Origin: an uncultured delta proteobacterium
GTDB lineage: Bacteria; Desulfobacterota; Binatia; Bin18
Direction of reading: 5' to 3'
Assembly (NCBI GenBank): GCA_963733195.1
Contig: CAVTCR010000025.1
Location: 1-59,231, forward strand
Length of the DNA: 59,231 nucleotides
Shown here: positions 54,444-59,231 of the stretch, one piece after another
Layout of the letters: every line of letters starts with the position of its first letter
Position numbering within the stretch: the first letter of the stretch is position 1
The notes under the pieces: model-generated
Database searches by the model: none
Told to the model about the DNA's origin: nothing
The model's input: only the letters and a program-made list of their open reading frames with translations
Program-made: the position numbers and the translations under genes

Positions 54444-54845
54444 GTGGAACGGGGGGATGTTGGGAAAGTCCGTCAAGCCTTTAGCAGACTTGGTGTTCCT
54501 CTAGATCATGTACAGATCATTCCTGGATGGTTTGAGGCGACCCTGAAAAATGCGTTGCTGACACGAATCGCACTTTTACATATCGACGCCGACTGGTACG
54601 ACTTAGTGAAGTTGGTTCTGGAAGAGTTGTACGCCAAAGTCGTCTCAGGTGGCTTTATTGTTCTTTATGATTATAGACGATGGGAGGGGTGTAACCGGGC
54701 ATTGGCAGATTTCACCTCAGGGCATCAGCTAAAGGACATAAGGTTTGTAAAAGTTGGCCGCGTGGGGGCGTCTTTTCAAAAACCTTCATGGCCAAGGTGC
54801 GCAAAACCAAGATTCCCGAGAGCTTTATTGCGACTCAGAGAGTGA
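54444..54845 (+). pseudogene. TylF/MycF-type O-methyltransferase C-terminal fragment
   Basis: IIPGWFEATL, IALLHIDADWY, GGFIVLYDY..GC; N-terminal half absent. Confidence 0.75.
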
Positions 54846-54855
54846 GAAAGAAATT

Positions 54856-55746
54856 ATGAATAATGCAGAAATGCTTCCTTTTGAAAATTTTGACGAATCG
54901 GCTTATCTTCAATTGAATGCTGATGTACGAGCAGCAGTACCAAATGGAGGATTTTCTTCAGGTTGGGATCATTACATCAGGTATGGTTACAAAGAAGATC
55001 GCTCTGGCGTACCAACTAATCTTTCTATGTGGGTGCAGAATCTCTTCGATGCTGGGGGGAAAGAACCAGCCCCTCCTCCTCACCTGCGGAAGAGAGTTCA
55101 TGGCGATGAAGCTCTTACTGGTTTTGACACTATCGGGAGAGTTGTCTCTCTTGATATCTACAGAGTACTTCAATCACCTTCGGTTCAGTTACCAGATAAC
55201 AGCCGCCTCCTAGACTTTGGTTGTGGATGCGGTCGTATCCTGAGATATTTTCACCACCTCTATAAGAGAAGCAGTTTGCATGGAACAGACATAGATCAAG
55301 AAGCGATATCGTGGTGTCAGCATCATTTATCACAAATTGGAAGTTTTGTCACAAACGAAAAATTACCATCACTGAGGTTTCCCGACGAGTACTTTGACTT
55401 TGTCTATTCTGTATCAGTATTCACTCATCTGCCTGAGGATATGCAACTCGCATGGCTTAAAGAACTTCAACGAGTAACTAAAAGTGGAAGCTATCTTCTT
55501 CTCACTGTGCATGGAGAAGGACTATTTCAAGAAGCATCCGAAGAAGCAAAAAAACGGTTTCAAGAGATAGGGTTCTATTATGCCGTAGGTACTGGCACCG
55601 AAGGTCTGCCGAATTTTTACCAAACTTCCTTTCATACAGAGCGATATATTCGCCGTTATTGGACTGAGTTTTTTGAGATAAAAACAATAATTCAAAAAGG
55701 TATTGCCAATCATCAAGATTTAATCCTCTGCAGGAGAACAACTTAA
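54856..55746 (+). CDS. Class I SAM-dependent methyltransferase
   Basis: FDESAYLQLNADV..HYIRYG N-motif; LLDFGCGCGR; FDFVYSVSVFTHL. Confidence 0.92.
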   Translation: MNNAEMLPFENFDESAYLQLNADVRAAVPNGGFSSGWDHYIRYGYKEDRSGVPTNLSMWVQNLFDAGGKEPAPPPHLRKRVHGDEALTGFDTIGRVVSLDIYRVLQSPSVQLPDNSRLLDFGCGCGRILRYFHHLYKRSSLHGTDIDQEAISWCQHHLSQIGSFVTNEKLPSLRFPDEYFDFVYSVSVFTHLPEDMQLAWLKELQRVTKSGSYLLLTVHGEGLFQEASEEAKKRFQEIGFYYAVGTGTEGLPNFYQTSFHTERYIRRYWTEFFEIKTIIQKGIANHQDLILCRRTT

Positions 55747-55885
55747 CAGCCACGAAATTACTTTACTGCGGTATTATTCTCCTTCAGATAAAGTAAGATA
55801 TCGCGACTTCTGATCGGACCGAAAAGCAACCACTCCTTATTTTGACGCCTAATACAATAAGAGCGATCCAAGGCCTTTGCAATTT

Positions 55886-58800
55886 TTAAGAGCGCCATGG
55901 AGCCTTCCGCCGCGGCGGAAATGCTAAGGAAGAATCCAGGTTCTCCAACGTCAGATTGACGTTATAAGCTGGATCACACAAGAGCAGTTCACCCCACCGC
56001 TCCTTCGCATTGGCAATCTCGCCCTTGAAGCGCGCCTGCTTTTCAGGAGTATCTTCGTATCCCCGGCTAGCGGACTCCCAATGATAGAGTTCGGCATGAG
56101 GAGTCCAGAGGTTCCGATATCCACGTTCACGGAGGCGGAGGCAAAAGTCCACATCGTTGAAGGCCACAGCGAAATTCTCTTCGTCAAAGCCGCCGATTTC
56201 CTCAAATATTGCACGCCGGACGACTAAGCAAGCCGCTGTCACTGCCGAGATGTTCTGGGTCAACATGGCACGGGCCCCTAGGCCGGTATGCCCACGCGGA
56301 TATTGTACATAGATATGACCAGCCACCCCACCAAGTCCAAGAATCACACCAGCATGCTGAATCGTATCCTGGGGATAGTATAGCATCGCCCCGACGGCAC
56401 CGATTTCTGGTCGCAGCGCATGGCTGACCATTTCATCGAGCCAGTCGGGCGTTATGACTTCGATATCGTTGTTAATAAAGCCTATGACTTCTCCGTGTGC
56501 CTGCTGTGCTGCAAAGTTATTGATCGCAGAAAAGTTAAAAGGCGCATCATAGCAGAGGACTCGCACTCCCCGTTCCTGAGATAGACGCTGCATATACTCG
56601 AAGGTACGCCGGTCACTCGATTGGTTATCGACAATCAGAACTTCTAGATTAGCATAGCGAGTCTTGTCATAAATACTTTCAACTGATCGATACAGCAAGT
56701 CGTAACCATTGCGTGTCGGGATGATTAACGACACCAGCGGGGCAGGCTGAGGAATCGGATACCTCACACGCCAATACTCTCGTGTTGGGATAATCTCGAC
56801 GGTCTCCCCAATGCGCTCGAAGTGAGACTGAAGCGTTTTGCGCTGCGCCTCGGTGATGTAGCGCTTCTCATTACCACCTAACGCCGTCGAACCCGGGATC
56901 GCCCGCCAGTGATAAAGAACGTACGGAAGATGGCGAATATGAGTTGCCGGAATTTGCTCCACAATCCGCATCACCAAATCCCAATCCTGCGCGCCCTCAT
57001 ATCCTTCACGAAAGCCGTTAATCTCTCTCACTAAACGTGATCGACATACACACAGATGGGTTACCAAATTTTGCGAGAGAAAAAGATCTGGATTCCAGTC
57101 AGGTTTGAAATAGGGATGGTAACGATTTCCCTCTTCATCAATTTTATCTTCGTCGCTATAGAGCAGGTCCACCTCTGGATGAGCGTTGACTTCCACTGCC
57201 AGCATATACAACGCGTGCTCAGTAAGGACATCATCATGGTCCAGAAAAGCGATAAACTCCCCTGTCGCCAACTCTAACGCACTGTTCGATGCCGCTGAAA
57301 TATGTCCGTTGCGTTCGCGGTAGACCACCTTGATACGTGGGTCTTTCTGCTGATACTGCTCCAGCACTGCTCTGACCTGCGGGTTTGTCGACGCATCATC
57401 AGCGATGCAGAGTTCCCAATGGGGATACAGTTGCTGACAAACCGACTCGATCGCTGATACAAGCCATTCCTCCGGTGTGTTATAGGTCGGCATAACAATG
57501 CTGATCAGTGGCTTGCTGGACAGACGACCAATATGGTGGCGAATGCGCGTACGATCGTCGTCCATTAACGTATCATAGAATTTGACCCACTGAACATAGT
57601 CAGAGGAACGGGAGTGTTCTTGCAGGAGAAAGCGACGGCGAGCTACCGCCATTCCTTCCGTCCGTACTGTTCCCAGGAATCCTTGGATCAAGCGGATGAG
57701 CCGCCCCGGTCGCCACAGCAAGGGCTTGAGATGGTACTCGAGGATTTTTACCAGTGCGAGCAGAACACTGATCTCACGGATAGTGACCTCAAACAACGTA
57801 AACTGTCCGGGAGACGCAAGCGGATCTAACCTCAACCTCAGCACTGAGTTCGGCATGCAAAAGAGAAACTGCAGCATCGAATCCATTTTCGCCGATAGTG
57901 CAGGGGTAGAGCCAGCCTCTGTACTCTTGGTCATAGCAGAGAGGGAAGATACTCGGATTGGACGACGAAGAACGAGCTTCTGGTGCTCGGAGAATCCAGC
58001 ACCAGTATCAATATATAAACTAGGCTGAAGCCCCCGTTCCGGCGACTTCACACGGTATGTCATAATGACCCAGCCGGTAGGCATACGGGCACGCGAGGAA
58101 TATAAGAAGAAGTATGGGTCATCCCCGGTACTGCGAAAACCGTCATTTTCTACTATAAGCTCTTGACCTAGCTCAAGGCGCAGACGATGTAATCGGGGCC
58201 AGCGGATGAACTTCCAAATATAGCGTAGGACAGCAGCGAACAGCCGGAAAGGAGCGGTCAGACGCCAGGACAACGATTGCTCAAGAGTTTCCTTCACTCG
58301 CTTTGTTTCGCCAAGCTGTTGGAGCAAAGTCGTGGTCTCAATTTTTAGTTTGGCAATGAGGGCCCGATGGCCCAGGTTCTCTTCTTCTATCTTCTCGATA
58401 TGCTGGGCATGATGAGCTATGACCTCTTCTTGACTGTGCCGTTGCCTTTGCAAGTCCTCGATGAGAACGTCCTTTTGGTGAGCGCCAGCCTCCAAATTGC
58501 GAATATGGTTATCCTTTTGCTGAGCGCCAGCCTCCAAATTGCGAATATGGTTATCCTTTTGCTGAGCGCCAGCCTCCAAATTGCGAATATGGTTATCCTT
58601 TTGCTGAGCGCCAGCCTCCAAATTGCGAATATGGTTATCCTTCAACTCTAGCGCTACCCGCATGCTGGCTTCCATGGCATGCTGCGTCTCACGCCATTGC
58701 ATTAGCGTCTCCGCCACATCCTGTGAGATAGCGCTCTTAATGCGCATGTCCACCCTCAACACAGCGGTCATGGCATCCTCAGAGTTTTCTAGAGCCAGGA

Positions 58801-59231
58801 CATTATACAAAAATAGTTGTGAGTCACTACTCAAGGAAACAAAATGCAGCCCCTCCGACTGGTCGCTCAAGAGTATCACCTCTGGTCCAGCCACCAGATC
58901 GCGAAAACCATCGTCTGACCCCCATGAACGTAGCACTGTCCACGCCGATGAAGCAGGCTGTTCGACAACAAGTTCAATCAAACCGATTTCCACGGAGGCG
59001 GGAAAGTTCAGCGGGTCAAGGCGCAAAAGACCTTCTATCGGTAAGGGAATAGGGAGCTCGTAGGTATGTACTTCTCTATCCACATGCACGTTGACCGACG
59101 CAGAACGTTCTTGGGAAAACTCACCTTGCACAGGCCAAAATGCTTCCAGCACTGGTCGGCGTGTAGATTCTCGCCAGATCCCATCAGGCTCCGGTACGAA
59201 CAGGGTCGTGTACTCATAATAGTCACGATAC
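55886..59231 (-). CDS. Large multidomain glycosyltransferase (coiled coil + two GT2 domains); 5' end beyond window
   Basis: ISIVMPTYN..ADDAS..FLDHDD and VSLIIPTRN..NNDIE..FNDVDFCL; frame open from 59230 with no stop. Confidence 0.93.
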   Translation of the reverse strand, partial: YRDYYEYTTLFVPEPDGIWRESTRRPVLEAFWPVQGEFSQERSASVNVHVDREVHTYELPIPLPIEGLLRLDPLNFPASVEIGLIELVVEQPASSAWTVLRSWGSDDGFRDLVAGPEVILLSDQSEGLHFVSLSSDSQLFLYNVLALENSEDAMTAVLRVDMRIKSAISQDVAETLMQWRETQHAMEASMRVALELKDNHIRNLEAGAQQKDNHIRNLEAGAQQKDNHIRNLEAGAQQKDNHIRNLEAGAHQKDVLIEDLQRQRHSQEEVIAHHAQHIEKIEEENLGHRALIAKLKIETTTLLQQLGETKRVKETLEQSLSWRLTAPFRLFAAVLRYIWKFIRWPRLHRLRLELGQELIVENDGFRSTGDDPYFFLYSSRARMPTGWVIMTYRVKSPERGLQPSLYIDTGAGFSEHQKLVLRRPIRVSSLSAMTKSTEAGSTPALSAKMDSMLQFLFCMPNSVLRLRLDPLASPGQFTLFEVTIREISVLLALVKILEYHLKPLLWRPGRLIRLIQGFLGTVRTEGMAVARRRFLLQEHSRSSDYVQWVKFYDTLMDDDRTRIRHHIGRLSSKPLISIVMPTYNTPEEWLVSAIESVCQQLYPHWELCIADDASTNPQVRAVLEQYQQKDPRIKVVYRERNGHISAASNSALELATGEFIAFLDHDDVLTEHALYMLAVEVNAHPEVDLLYSDEDKIDEEGNRYHPYFKPDWNPDLFLSQNLVTHLCVCRSRLVREINGFREGYEGAQDWDLVMRIVEQIPATHIRHLPYVLYHWRAIPGSTALGGNEKRYITEAQRKTLQSHFERIGETVEIIPTREYWRVRYPIPQPAPLVSLIIPTRNGYDLLYRSVESIYDKTRYANLEVLIVDNQSSDRRTFEYMQRLSQERGVRVLCYDAPFNFSAINNFAAQQAHGEVIGFINNDIEVITPDWLDEMVSHALRPEIGAVGAMLYYPQDTIQHAGVILGLGGVAGHIYVQYPRGHTGLGARAMLTQNISAVTAACLVVRRAIFEEIGGFDEENFAVAFNDVDFCLRLRERGYRNLWTPHAELYHWESASRGYEDTPEKQARFKGEIANAKERWGELLLCDPAYNVNLTLENLDSSLAFPPRRKAPWRS
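58470..58643. repeat. 42-bp tandem repeat, about 4 copies, coding KDNHIRNLEAGAQQ
   Basis: Unit gagcgccagcctccaaattgcgaatatggttatccttttgct repeated almost perfectly. Confidence 0.95.

Noticed and set aside
58470-58643. CRISPR array
   Set aside because: Contiguous coding repeats with no spacers; no cas genes, tRNA or rRNA recognised in the window

Overview
Bacterial chromosomal window with many single-base frameshifts in otherwise intact genes, probably long-read assembly errors. Gene content and repeat style resemble Candidatus Binatota / uncultured 'Deltaproteobacteria' (inference only). Four zones: (1) 1-5.3 kb: a TIR gene pair plus a 4.5-kb IS256-ended cargo element with an 8-bp target duplication, carrying a wHTH-STAND-TPR regulator, a small ORF and a secreted protein. 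(2) 5.3-33 kb: YkgJ, ArsS-like radical SAM, transketolase and SnoaL genes; a six-gene secreted-protein cluster divergent from a second STAND regulator, with a duplicated 37-bp operator-like motif each followed by a conserved 'RIRLPC' micro-ORF; a P450; a probable CxxU selenoprotein of the CMD/AhpD family with a SECIS-like hairpin; and a third regulator/secreted module ending in an IS-interrupted vanadium haloperoxidase-like gene. (3) 33-44.7 kb: benzoate-CoA ligase-boxC-boxB, two Hsp20, a PLP decarboxylase, an aldo/keto reductase and a secreted protein. (4) 44.7-59.2 kb: a surface-glycan locus (GT2s, methyltransferases, GT-C) heavily broken by nested IS remnants. The best candidate for an undescribed system is the recurring unit 'large ATPase/TPR one-component regulator <- conserved operator -> micro-ORF -> secreted proteins', seen three times here (the third copy has no recognisable micro-ORF), one copy apparently mobilised between IS256 ends.
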